64,000 nt of DNA from Oikopleura dioica (taxonomy: Eukaryota; Animalia; Chordata): the NCBI GenBank assembly GCA_907165135.1, contig OU015568.1, positions 8,060,001 through 8,124,000 on the forward strand, given 5' to 3'. The translations under genes were made by a program, and so were the position numbers. The notes beneath the pieces are model-generated. The model was not told the DNA's origin and made no database searches. It saw nothing but the letters and a program-made list of their open reading frames with translations. Below are positions 11,181 through 23,528 of this stretch, one piece after another. The number at the start of each line of letters is the position of its first letter. Position 1 is the first letter of the stretch.

Positions 11181-14100
11181 CCCAGTTCTTTACCCTTTCA
11201 GTTTTTTACTCCTAGCGGATTAGGCTTTTTTCATTTTCATGCAATTTCTTCAAAGCAACTCTCTAGCGTCTGTGGCTCACCTAGTTCCGATTCCCAATTT
11301 ATGTTTAGTTTGATATTTTTTAACTTGTCTGTGCTCGTCATGTTCGAAAACCCCCAACTTCCACCCTGTGTTTGCCAGTAGTTACCTATCTGTAACTTTT
11401 GACGGAATCGCATTTCCATACCTCATTTTTAACCTATTAAAATCCATACTTACGACTTACTTTGCAAATACGAAAACACGGTTAATTTACAACAAAAGGA
11501 GGCTTACCTCTCCTGTTCGAATAGCCATAGCAAAATCCCTCAAAACCGTGCCATTACCAGACCTTTTTTAATAACTCATGTCATGCGAAATTTTATATGA
11601 AAAAGTAGCGAATTGTGAACTTCTTTCTGACCTGACAGGTTCAACATTTCAGTTCATCACGAAATTTAACTCTCAAGGGCCGATATGCATACGCTCATTT
11701 ATATTAACGCTAACCTCCTTCGTGCGCGTTGACCAATTTTTTGGCATAGTAAATTTGAATATTGAAAATGATGCGGATCAACGATCAATTTCAACTATAA
11801 ACTAAATCTGCTTATATCTTCTTAAAACGGTGATTTATAATTTCACATATTTTATACTCATCATTACTAAAAAATGTCTGAACGTACACCCGAATGAAAT
11901 CATGGAAGAACTCTGTAGCAAGAAAAAAAAACACGCGAATTAGTGATTCTTCATCTCAAGTGCCTCCTAACAACTTGATCAAAAAGCTTCTTCCGAAATA
12001 AGTGCTATTATTTCCTTCTGTTTATTCTTTTATGTTATAAAGAAAAATACACACACATCCACGATATACATCAAGCTACAGTCTCTTCACTTTGCAGTTT
12101 GACATTCTGAGCCAAATTAGCGCATCGGATCTTGGATAATAGACAGGAAACTAGATTTTGATCGATTGTTTCAATTTCTCGGCCTATTTTGGCAGCGAAC
12201 TGTAACAATAAAAAAGTTTCCTAAGGATGGAAATTACCGGTATTTTTTCTACTTTCCGGGCAAAAGGTCAGTGTCCAGTTTAAATGAACAGAATTGATTC
12301 TAATTACATAATTGTCTTTTCACTGTCTAATACTTTTAAAGGTCGAGGAAGTATTAAAAATGTGCGTTGCCAATGAAATGCATTTTCTGTTTGAATTTGC
12401 TTAATTTTTCTTCAATTATCATTAATAAATCAATTCGCGGATGAAACGAGTGACTATCTGTTATTACCCCGTGTCAAGTTAAATTTATAATTACAGGTGG
12501 CGGCTAACGCGTGCAATATTTACAGAACAGTGATAACCTGTCACTGATTGAAATTTCCCTATCGGCTCGGATTATTTGATCTCTGGCGTCAGATAGTATC
12601 CGATAGCCGCCTTCCAGCTTTGAGGGAATTACTCGACGGTGATTGTTTTTCCAATGTCATGCTCAAGCGTCCCATTTCGAATTACAGAATAAATCGAGAA
12701 CGAGCCATTATTGCTGTTTATTGTGGCGAAATTGACATCTTTCCTTACTGAAATTAACAGAGAAGGAATTTATAGGATTCCAAAAAAGGAGATTTATCGT
12801 CTCACCCAAGAATCTACAGCCTGGAAATCCCTTCTGGTTACGATTTGATACGTCTAGGACCCGGGAAAGGAACCGGGAAAGGATAATCCTCTATCACTCA
12901 TGTTGTTATGAGAGGCTTTATTATTGTAAAAATTCGAATGAAAAGCTTTTCACTATTCTATAATGAAAGAAAATTTTCCGTACTGCGAATTTCCTATCTT
13001 ATTGAAATTCGCTAGATGTGAAAAGAACCTTCATGGTCTCGTGATCTCCCCGAATCGTCCTAAAATTGATTAAAATGCGAAAGAGGAAAAAAATCCTGCC
13101 AAAAATGAAGCACTGAGGGATTCGCTTTAACCCCCATTGAAATTGAAAAAAATACCATTATTATTTATCATCGAGCAACGTAAAACTCACGTTTTAACAC
13201 TTTTTTACCACAAAGAGGAAAAACCGAGGAATATAAAAAAATTGAGAAGAGCGCCGCACGCGCGTGTCTCCATCTCTCGACCTCCAAAAAGAGCTAACTC
13301 CTCGAAACGCCTCTTTCACACGTTCAAGCATTCCCAAACTTTTTTCCAAATCGAGATCAAAGAAGAAATAGAGAAGATACAGAGCTATTCAAAAAAGGTT
13401 AGGTTATGTAACCTTTTCACTCACCCGATTTTCGCGACGCATCTCAGCTCGTAGAAAAGGTCAATTTCCGAAAAGTTTTTTCAGACCCAAAGTGTAATAA
13501 AAACACAAGAGCTATTCTGAAGAGCGTTTTTGCCAGAGAACTTTTATGGGAAAATGTCTGTACTTCTACGGGCGATTAAATATTTACAGGGGGAGCTTAT
13601 AGTTTAATTACGTTTGTATTTCGCTTTTGATTGTCAAGAGAATCATGTAAGAAGTTTTCAACTCGCTCTTTCACTTTCTTTTCTGTGAACCTGGGTTGAT
13701 TTAAAATCTGTCAGAAAAAAGCTGGTTCGTACTAGCATTTTTTTCAAGCTCCTGTCAAGCATAATCATGTTTAAATGCCCTAAAAAAGGAAAGGGTTCAT
13801 ATGGTCCCATTGTTCATAATCAGACTTGTTGACAGATTTTCATCAAGGGCTTAGTCTGTACGGACGCAAAAGCCTGTCTTTTACATGTAGATATATTTGA
13901 TCTTTCGTCCTAGTTGTTTCGCAATGATTAAATTCAACTGGGGAAGAGCAACTTTTTTTGATTAAACTCTGAGTCCACTCAACTCTTTTTTCGTGGTTGA
14001 TGTGATAACTCAATTTAATATATCAAATATAAAAGGAAATCAGAGCGCTTCTTGTCCATAACAGGCGCTCTTAAATTATCCTCATCCCCTCATCAAAGGT

Positions 14101-14901
14101 GAGAGAGGAACATAGGGTCTAATCGAAGAACTAATCATTCAACATCTGCCAATTTTGAAAATAAAATAAACTGAAACCTTTAAATGTAAATTTTAACCCG
14201 GGGTTAAAATTTGAAAGCGGCTGTTTTCGCTGTTTCGGCCAAACAATTTGCCCCACTCATCTTCAATCAGCCGGAGACGGATTTCCCGATCGAATTTCCT
14301 CCTGCAGCGTGTTCCACTAACACAAACACTTTTTGAACATTTCACAAACTTTCCAGCCGATTGAGTTGAGCCCCTTGTACTTTTCTGAGTCACATGATCG
14401 GCTCATTTCTAATCCCATGTTTTCTTAACCTATACGCGCGTATGGAACTATTTCTGACCATCTACCAAAGAATTGAGCAATACCCGCGCTGGGGTTAATT
14501 TTAGGAAGCAACTTCCCAATGGATACGGAGAAAAAGCTCCTTGAGTTTTTCTTAATCTTTTGATGCTTTGTTTGCTCCCGGCTGCGATAAATTTTCTCGG
14601 GCAAGTTGAACAAATGTTGAATTGAATACGTCTCGTACTCTCGAACCCGTCAAAGACCTGTTTTGTTTTTGCGATTTATGTTTTTTTGATCGGACGCCAT
14701 TTCAAAAATGATAATAGAGAGCGAAAGATTGAAGCTACTACTTCCGCGGTCAATATTATTTCACGACTTCCGCAGCCTCTTGAGCTGGTTCCGACATAAT
14801 TGGCCAGATGTTTGGCCAAGGTTACGACCTCTAGATATTTTCTTGCCACTGCCCAATGCGAAAAGGATTGTGGTTGAAAAATGCAATAAGGGGAAGAGAT
14901 A

Positions 14902-15497
14902 GATGAAATTAAAAAACTTCACTTGAGGCAAAATTTCATAAAAAAATTTTTCGTGCTCAGAAGAAAGAGCAGAAAATTCTGAGTCGAATAGGCTAGATTT
15001 GACCCGAAAATTTTGACTTTATGACGTCAAAAATTGCGTAATAAAGTCCAGATTAGGGCATTTTTGGCAAACTTTTGGGGAACTTTTAAGGGGGTTTCTG
15101 TTGGATTTATTCGACGTTCTATGGCTCAAAAGAATCGCCGTCGAAAACTGAGGGGGGGTTTTTGAGGGTTTTGAAAAAACTCAAGAAAAAAATTTTGACC
15201 AAAATTCGACCGGTCGGTTTCAACGTGTTTCGCTTGGAATTTCTCAAAATCCAAGAAAACCCCCCCTCAATTTTCGACGGCGATTCTTTTCAGCCCAAGA
15301 ACGCCAAAAAACTCCATCGGAAACCCCTTCAAAAGCTCCCCAAAAGTTTTTTGGGGGAAATGAGTCATAATGACGTCATTTGATGGAATTATAGAGCCGG
15401 AAGTAGACCATTCGACTAAGAATTTCCTCCTTTTTCATATTAGCCAATAAAATTTTTTTGAAAAAATTTGCCTCAAGTCGACTTTTTTAATTTCATC
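14902..15497. repeat. Imperfect ~600-bp foldback/palindromic element
   Basis: GATGAAATTAAAAAA...CTTGAGGCAAA at the left end mirrors TTTGCCTCAAG...TTTTTTAATTTCATC at the right end. Complementarity continues inward (AAGAATCGCCGTCGAAAA, GAGGGGGGG) to the centre CGACCGGTCG at 15207-15216. Confidence 0.75.
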
Positions 15498-17105
15498 ATA
15501 GATAATATTATTCCACCGCACGAATTTGCACAAATATTTGAATACTAGAGATAGCACTCTTTTTCCGGACGAAAATTATTTTCGCAGAAATCGACGAATT
15601 TTTCGACTTTCGAGCAATTCTTTCAACAGGAAATATTTACCGATTCTTTGCCAATTTATGTCAAGGAATCTGTAATTTCGGTATTCCCCGCGATTAGGAG
15701 TTTTATAATTAGGGCGTTGTAAATCTTCACACTTGACCGAAAACGATCTCCGAGAGCGACATGTGTACACGAAAAGTACTTTCCGGAAAAATTTTTGGCA
15801 AAGCCTTAGAGACTTTTTTTTGACGCAGATGGCATTACGAATTTATTAATATTTAAGCCAGGCAATAAAGACACTTGATCAGAGAGCATTAGGGCTTTCT
15901 TTTGACATCCTTAATTGACAAAATAAAAAGAATTGATGTTTCAGACTTTTTTTCGGCAAAGATAAGAGGCTAAACACGACTTTGTTCTGTTCTTTTTGAA
16001 TTTTGCCATTTTCCGATCTGATTTGGAAGTTTTTACTTCAAAGCGAAAAGGTTTGATAACCGCATTTTTTCGCTTACTTTAATTAATTTTTCATAATTCT
16101 GGAGTACGGCCAAAGTTAGCAATTTGTCCTTCCGATTTGGTGTCAACCAATAACGATTAATTTCATCCCTTATCAGCTCATCTTGCCCAGCTGGCGCGTG
16201 AGAAAATAGGAAAGAATGAAATATGAATCTTTAATATGCCGTGACCATGATGGATGTGTTTTTTGGAGCGCGAAATTTACCACCAGGACACGAGAGTGGC
16301 AGAGTCAAAAACTAATACTTGTTTCGTTCATCCCCTGCGCTGATCCAGCCGCAGGACACAAATTTTTTTCTGCACAGATTGATCCCCGCCTTTTTTGATG
16401 TTTTTCTTCTAAGAGAATGAACCCCTCGCCTTACATGAATCTTTTAGACTGGAGAAGACTCTGAGTTTACTTTACTCGAACTGAAGACGATCGAAATTGG
16501 ACAAAGGAAAAGGGTCATTGATGGTTCATTTCGAACTCTCTAATTTTAACCGCTTTTGAATTTTGAATTTTTCTTCTGAAAGTGAACTACTAATTTGAAA
16601 CAATCGAAATGGATATCTTCTATATTCGCTTGGCTCATCAAATTTAGTTACTGAGTAGTCATAACGTAATTCTAGCTTTAAAAGCTCTGACAAGCCAATT
16701 TCCCGGTGATTAATCAGGAGAATCCTTTCAAATAAAACTCCTCATTCTAGCATTTTGGCCGTCCAGTTGTTTTTCTAATCATCAACAATCAAAGCTCATA
16801 ATTCGCCCGTTTTTATTGCACGAATCGTAAAGTAGACGAGAGAATCTGCAAATTGCAATTAAAAAAGAGAGGAGGCGCTTGTTAGACAGGAGCCTCGCAT
16901 TACAAGTATCGTAGCGATGAATTTTTAATTTGCGCTCATTTTCGGTCCCATCATCAGCCCCTTTGGACAGGCCGATTTTCATCCCTCTTTTCCTACAACC
17001 ACCGCCGCTCGTGAAATATTCAAATCTGTCAACGTTGGAGACAGTTACTCTCAAGAGAATACCGGATACACAAATTTACAATAGTGCAAGAAACACTGCT
17101 GCAAA

Positions 17106-19684
17106 ATGAGTTTCAAAAGGTAAGACAAGAGAATATCAACAGAGAAACCACTTACGGACCTGTGTAGAATCCTGAGTCAGGGTCCGCAAATGTGGCTTCT
17201 ATCAAGGCTCTTTCCGGACCCTGACAGAGGTTTCTACAGAGATTCCCGAGCGCACTCACTGCCAATTTGAATCCGTGTCAATATTAACTTGGACAATCAA
17301 TCATTAAAAATCCAACTCAGAATGCGGAAATCCCCTTTTGTTGTCTATTTATAAAGCAACTAACCAAGTTTTAGAATATTGATTTTCCTGCTGCTGCACA
17401 TATGTCAAGTTCTGGCTCAGTTGGAAATTCCTGAAACGATTCTATACGTCAAAGAAGGAGCAAACCAACGCATCCGGTGCAATATTCCGGGAAGTAAGAA
17501 GCTTCTCAGGGTGTCGACGGAAGATCAGATTCTTTTTGTGAAGATAAAGGGAAGCAAAACGACTCAAGTCGGAACCGGCTCTGATTCTTGGAGTCTTGTC
17601 GATGATACAACGTAAGTTTTGACCGTTATTTGTTTATTGAGTTACAGTAATAAGCCGCGTCCGTTTGCAGAGGTCCAAATGTACAGTAGAATATACAGTA
17701 GCAAATGTTATTAGATATAATTATGCACTTCTCTGGCCTCTTTGGCGATTCGACGTCCTTTTGATCGGATGTATCGGAATTTTAGCTTTTGGTTTGTTTT
17801 CTGCAACTCTTTCATCATCTTTTCCTGGCATTTCTCGCACTGGTCGATGGGAACACCTTCCTCGGAAAAGCGATTTTTGCCCTTGTCGCAAAGGGTCTTT
17901 TTGTTGTCTCTCAGTTTGAGCTTCTTGTTCGCCTTTTTGCGGCGCTGGAAATTTTCAGCTTCGTGCTCTGGCATCTTTTTGATGCTTTTTCGCGTTTTGG
18001 TGCAGAATGGAAGGAGACCGGAGCTTATATACCATCGGATGAGTTGTAAGGAGCAAGCTTGATGGCTCCGAAAGTCAGAGGGGACAAATAATGACTGTTT
18101 ACTCATCTCGTGACTCAAGGGCATTTTACGCTTATTCATCAAAAATTACTCAAGCACCTGCAGAAAATAGACTATAAGTTGAGTAATTTGGTTGTACTCT
18201 TGTACATTTTAACTATTCTTACAGTATTACCGGCTAGATCGATCTACTTGTCAGATTTTCTTCAAATTAATATGCCCGCCGTGCACAATGATGATAAATT
18301 ATTCACACGCAAAGTGACATATATTCTTTTAGTGACGATTTCTCGATCAATTTGGAGCTAATTTCAATGTCTCCTGAGAAAGCGCTCATCGTTTCCTGCG
18401 ATAATGATTCCGGCGATACGATCAAATACGATATTAGACTTCAAAAGGAGCCGAGCTTGGGCTTTACCGACGACTCGACCTATCCATTGCTGGAGTTTTC
18501 GCTGTTGAAGTTGAGTTGCAGCGCGAATGATGGAGTTCCGAAGCCAAAGATCAGCTGGGAGTTCTCTAGTGGGAGAACTTTCAACACTTCTCTTTCACAG
18601 GCTTCCCCAGAGTCCATCAAATCCACCATGACGGCAGGAATGACGAGGGAAGACAACGGCGTTGGAGTAAAATGCATCGTCAGGCAAAATAACGAAGTCG
18701 TGAAAACGAAAGACTTTGGAATGCTCGACGTGCAGTTCAAACCGACGAAAGAAGACATCCAGTTTTCAACGAAACCGAGCCTCGCGCATGGAGAAAAGCT
18801 TACTGCCCAGTGTACTGTCAACGCTAACCCACCGGCGGCTGTTTCTTACGAAATCGCTTACAAGGTATGTTTTCTTGGTTTATTTTGATATCGATATAAT
18901 AATTTAGGCAAGTGATCACTGGCAAGCGCTCGATCTGAACGAGCCATTCTCGTACGAAATGCACGATTTGGCGAAAGTCCGCTGCGTCGCCACAGTCGGC
19001 GATTATCGAGTTGAAAGTAACTTCGACATGATCTCGATGTTGAAAAAGCCAACGACTACGACAACAACAACTACGACAACCACAAGACCGTCAACAGCGC
19101 GGCCTTCGTCTTCGACCGTAGGTGAGCGAATACGAAGCGCAGAAGTATCAACAGACGCTGGAGTGACTTCAGCGACGCCGGAAGAGGTGGAGACAGACAG
19201 TGCTAATCTGGAAGTTGCGAAAGCTGGGCCAAGAGGAATTATTTTATCGATAATTGGTAAGCATTTATTTTTTGCGGTAGCGAATCATAAACTTACGAGG
19301 TTGCTAATCAAGAAGATATCATTTTATGTAATTATGAATTCAAATGGTCAAACCAGTAGGTCACGGCGGGCGATGATCCAGCGTGGCGCGCCGTTCCGAT
19401 TTGATGTTTTATCCTTAAGAAAAAAGTTTCATTTTGTAATTATTGAATACTGAAATTTCTTTCTTTTATTCCTACTACAGATGTTTCTTTGCCAGATGCT
19501 TACTTTTTGATATTCAGGTGTCAGCTGTTTTCTTGGGTTCGTAATCTTCCTGTTCTTCATCCGCCGCTGTCTGCAAGACAGGCAAGGTGATTCATATAAA
19601 ACAGAAGAAGCGAATCCCGACGAAGCGGTGAGCTTACACGATCCAGAACTGGAGGCACACAAGAAGAAAGAATACTTCATGTAA
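17106..19684 (+). CDS. CADM/SynCAM (nectin-like) Ig cell adhesion molecule
   Basis: Signal peptide, Ig domains (C...PKPKISW...VKC), poly-Thr stalk, TM (GVSCFLGFVIFLFFI), juxtamembrane GDSYKTEEA and C-terminal KKKEYFM*, matching the CADM FERM- and PDZ-binding tail pattern. Some internal exons unresolved. Confidence 0.8.
17711..17974 (-). CDS. Nested intronless small basic protein (87 aa) in the CADM-like gene intron
   Basis: TATATAAG at 18024-18031, ATG at 17974, Lys/Arg-rich ORF with CEKC, AATAAA at ~17633-17638. Confidence 0.55.
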   Translation of the reverse strand: MPEHEAENFQRRKKANKKLKLRDNKKTLCDKGKNRFSEEGVPIDQCEKCQEKMMKELQKTNQKLKFRYIRSKGRRIAKEAREVHNYI

Positions 19685-19994
19685 ATTTTCACAGCCAAAG
19701 ACGAACCAAATGCATTATTTAACATAAAAACTGTTCAAAACTCTCAACAAGAGAAGACGCTTCAAGCCGGCCCAGAAAACGAAGACCCGGACAAACCGTA
19801 CTAATATGAAAAACAAAATCGAAACCTGCCTCATGTACAGTAGAAAAATAATAATTCATCAATTGTACAGATAAACACAGCCTTCTTCGCCTTTTTTCTT
19901 ATTTTTAATTTATTCTGTCCAACAATAGTTCCAAGAATAAAATAAAATACGTTATCTATCTCTTTATAGAACTATTGAGAGATCAGTTGCGAAA

Positions 19995-21067
19995 ATGGAG
20001 GAGTTGACAAACGCTTTCGCAGAGACAGTTGAAGTTTCAAATAACGGTGCTTCTTCGCACAAAGAACCGCGAATTCGTCAGTGGAAAAGTAAAGGATTTC
20101 TCTTTGATCTTTCTTTTGACTCTTTCTAGCGTCTTCGAAATTCGGCGATCAGAAAATCCGCCGAGAGAATCGCCTCAAAGAGCTCAAGGAGAAACGTGAC
20201 CAGGCAAAAGCCACGGCTAGGAAGTTATCGAATGAGGAGACAGGCAATCGTCCTGAGGGAAAAGTGATGATGGAGTTCAAGGGAGCTCTGATGCAGTCGG
20301 AATGGCTGATTGATACGCCAGAGAATTTCGAGGACTGGGTGGTGAAGGTGTGCCCGATCGGAAGGCGAAGATTGCTTCATGCGAGCTACGGCGAAACTTG
20401 TCTGTATAACGGCCGAGGACAGAGGACTCATAAGTAAGAAATCCAACCTAAAGAACTTTAAAATTTATTCACATTTAGGACGTATTCTGGCTTGCCTGGA
20501 GGATTCTATGGCTCATCTCATTGTGAGACTCTTCTCGATGGAATCATGTGCTCTGATACTTGGACATTCTATGGTAAAATTCATCTTTGGTTCATTTTCT
20601 TATCAATGCATTTAGTTCTTGACATCCTGACATGGGACAACTACCATGTAAGAGACTGCGACTTTGAGTTCCGGCACTTCTGGCTCAATCAGAAATTAGA
20701 AGACTTCGCTCAGAAAAAAGGAGGGCTCCGAATTGTTCCCGCGCCGAGTTTTGAGATGACCAAAATCAACACCTTTTTGGAGCAAAGATTGGTGGAGATT
20801 TTCCCGAACGAGAGCATCGTGCCTCTTGTTGATGGGTTTATGTTTTACCATAAAGGCGCAGACTACACGAACGGGACCACGCCACTCGTTGGCTGGCTGA
20901 AACCGGAACATCTCCAAGATCAATTTCCAAACGCGAAGATAAGCTTGGTAAAGCCCTAGAATAAAACGCCGTCTAGATATCGATTTCAGGAGTACTTGAA
21001 GAAGCCCTTCATGGATCTTAGACGACAATTTGATGCTCCTGACGCACTTACTACTGTCATGAACTGA
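19995..21067 (+). CDS. SNUPN: Snurportin-1 (m3G-cap snRNP import adaptor)
   Basis: MEELTNAFA..., LMQSEWLIDTPE, VCPIGRR, LPGG, LDILTW, DCDFEFRHFWL, VDGFMFYHK...GTTPLVGWLKP. Confidence 0.93.
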
Positions 21068-21297
21068 CTGTATTTATTTCCATGCTAATGAGCTGCCAAT
21101 TTCTTACAGTTATCTTGAATACAGATATCATTTATCAACAGAACACTTTTTGTCTTTCCGAATCTTACTAAGGAAAGACAATTTTTGAACAATTGTTATT
21201 TGTTTGCGATTTCGACCGAGTACTATATTTGCATGGTAGTACAAAAAACAAGTGCAGGAATACGAGGTGGTGGTGGTTTTTAGAGAATTTGATTGCT

Positions 21298-22410
21298 TTA
21301 CTCCTGGATGCCGAGCTTCTTCTTGAGGGATTCGGGCATGGCTGGTGGTGGTGGTCGGGGGAGTCGGAGAGCGACCTTGACACCATCGTAGATGAACCAC
21401 TGGAGAGCAGTGAGGGTACCGATCATGATGATTCGGGCACCAAGTCCCTTCCAGACACCCTTGGGTCCCATCTCCTTGAGGACTAGAATATAGTTTAGTC
21501 TCTAGAATAGAGTTTGTTGACTTACTCTGTCCAGCAGATTTGGAGGGGTCCTTGTTGATGACGGAGACGACGGAGTCGGCGGGGTGGGAGACGATGGCAC
21601 AGAAGACACCAGCGATGTAACCGGCGGCGAAGGTGACCATGAGCTGCTCGGACTTGGAGCACTGCTCTCGTGGCTTGGGGACGACGTACTGGTAGATGGC
21701 CTCGACGGTCTTTTCGAAGCAGGCGAACTTCATCATGGTGTAAGGAATCTGTCGCATCCAGAGGGGCTTGAGACCCTTGTAGAAGGTACCGGTGCCTTCC
21801 TCAGCCTTCATTCGAGGGAAGCAGTCTCGGAGAGTGGAGGAGTAGTCAGAGGTCTGGATTCGGACCTATGAATAATTATGAAAGGAAGAAAGAAATCAAA
21901 GTTTTACCTTGACGGCTTCCATGGGAGCAAGAGCAATATCAGCGAAGAACTCAGCGGAAGCAGAGGCGATGAGGTAAAGAGAAGTTCGGTAAAGGAAGGC
22001 GTTCTCTTCACCCATGATGCCTCCGTAGACGTTCTTGAAGATTTCGTAGAAACCAAACTTGAAGCAACCCTGCATGGAGTAACCGATGAGGGTAGGAGCC
22101 CATCCTCGAGCAAGAGCCTTGACACCACCTTCGGCGATGGTGACTTTCATACCCTGTCCGAGGGAGGGATACTTGGCGGCATCAACCTGCATTCGGCACT
22201 TGACCAAATCAAGGGGGACGACGGCGGTGTGGGTGATACCGCAAGAAGCAGCACCACCGATCATGCATTTGGCATAGTATTCGGTAGAACCGAATTCGAC
22301 CTGAAGCGAATTAGAATTCGAAAGTTGGTTTTTGGACTTACCAGGCCCTGGTCAGCCACGGCGGGCTTGGAGAAGGGGTTAGTCTTCGCAACCTCCAACA
22401 AGGACGGCAT
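21298..22410 (-). CDS. SLC25A3: Mitochondrial phosphate carrier
   Basis: CGITHTAVVPLDLVKCRMQV, RGWAPTLIGYSMQG, ASASAEFFADIALAPMEAVKV, YKGLKPLWMRQIPYTMMKFACFE, VSHPAD. Confidence 0.97.
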
Positions 22411-23528
22411 CCCTTTCTAAAACAAATTATATCAGTCAAGCGCAACTCTCTTAATTCCAATCTCTTCACAGGGAAACGAAGTATTTTTGTATCTCGCCCA
22501 TCTGAGTCAAGAGTGGCTGGGCGGCTCAAGAAAAGTGATAAGCACTTACACACAGTGCGCTTTTATTATGTTCGTTCCCGCGTGAAAAAGACCTTTTATG
22601 CAATAGAAAAGAAACAAAAGTGCAAAAAATGCAAAATGCGACTTACCAGTAAACTTAGAACAAGGAAACTGAGAATTTAAATTTCATCGAACAACAAATC
22701 CTTCCTGTTCTAGAAACAACATGTTTTTGACAAAATTTTTTTTTCGTTTTTTTCGCTGTCTTCCATGACTTCAGTTGACTTTTGGCTTCTGTTGAAGAAT
22801 ACCAGAATGAAAGAAATGGTAATAAATTATTTTCTGTTGTCGAAGCGCTTGTTTGTGTTGATTAATCAGATCTCATGGTTTAATGAAATTGTTAATCAGA
22901 AGGGCGAATGATTTCGCTGAAGGCGAGATCGCAAAAATTGGTCACCAATTACACAATTTGTAATTTTTTTTTTATTTGATATTCGATCATTTTAGAGCAC
23001 GAGTTACGTAATCCCAAGATTGGAGTGTCTTCAGTCACACGTTTTTGTTATATCACGTGAGTCTTATTCTCTATCCTAGAGAAACTCGTTTCTTCTTTCT
23101 TTTGAAAGATTGATATTTTCTTAAAAACCGCTGTGAATATTTATTTCTATCCTTTTTCAGAGAAACCCTTTACTGAAGGAGGTAGAAGTCGGATTAGAAA
23201 AACGCCGGCGCATTCAATTGTCGGACAAATTATCCTGCACTACCCTATCCAAAATCGCGGGGCTACCCTAAAGCGACAAAAGGCGGACTTTTACCTCTTC
23301 GCGCTTTTACGGGACACACAAAATTAAAAAGAAAAGAGAACAGAAAAAGAAAACTGGATTACCGGATAATTGGCAAAGTAAATAATTGCGTTATTTTTGC
23401 CATAAATCGGCTAGTTAAATGGGCCCCTAATGACAACTAGGCTCGCCCGAGCTCATCAAAAATTCATCTGAGAGAGAGGACCAGCTCAGGTAAATTGGAA
23501 AAACAAAGCTGGCCAAAATCTGAATGAT

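Noticed and set aside
13560-13880. Possible micro-exons and a small hairpin (CAGACT...AGTCTG)
   Set aside because: No consistent reading frame, and the stem is too weak to support a call.
21193-22420. Long plus-strand ORFs opposite SLC25A3
   Set aside because: Antisense shadows of a codon-biased, highly expressed gene.
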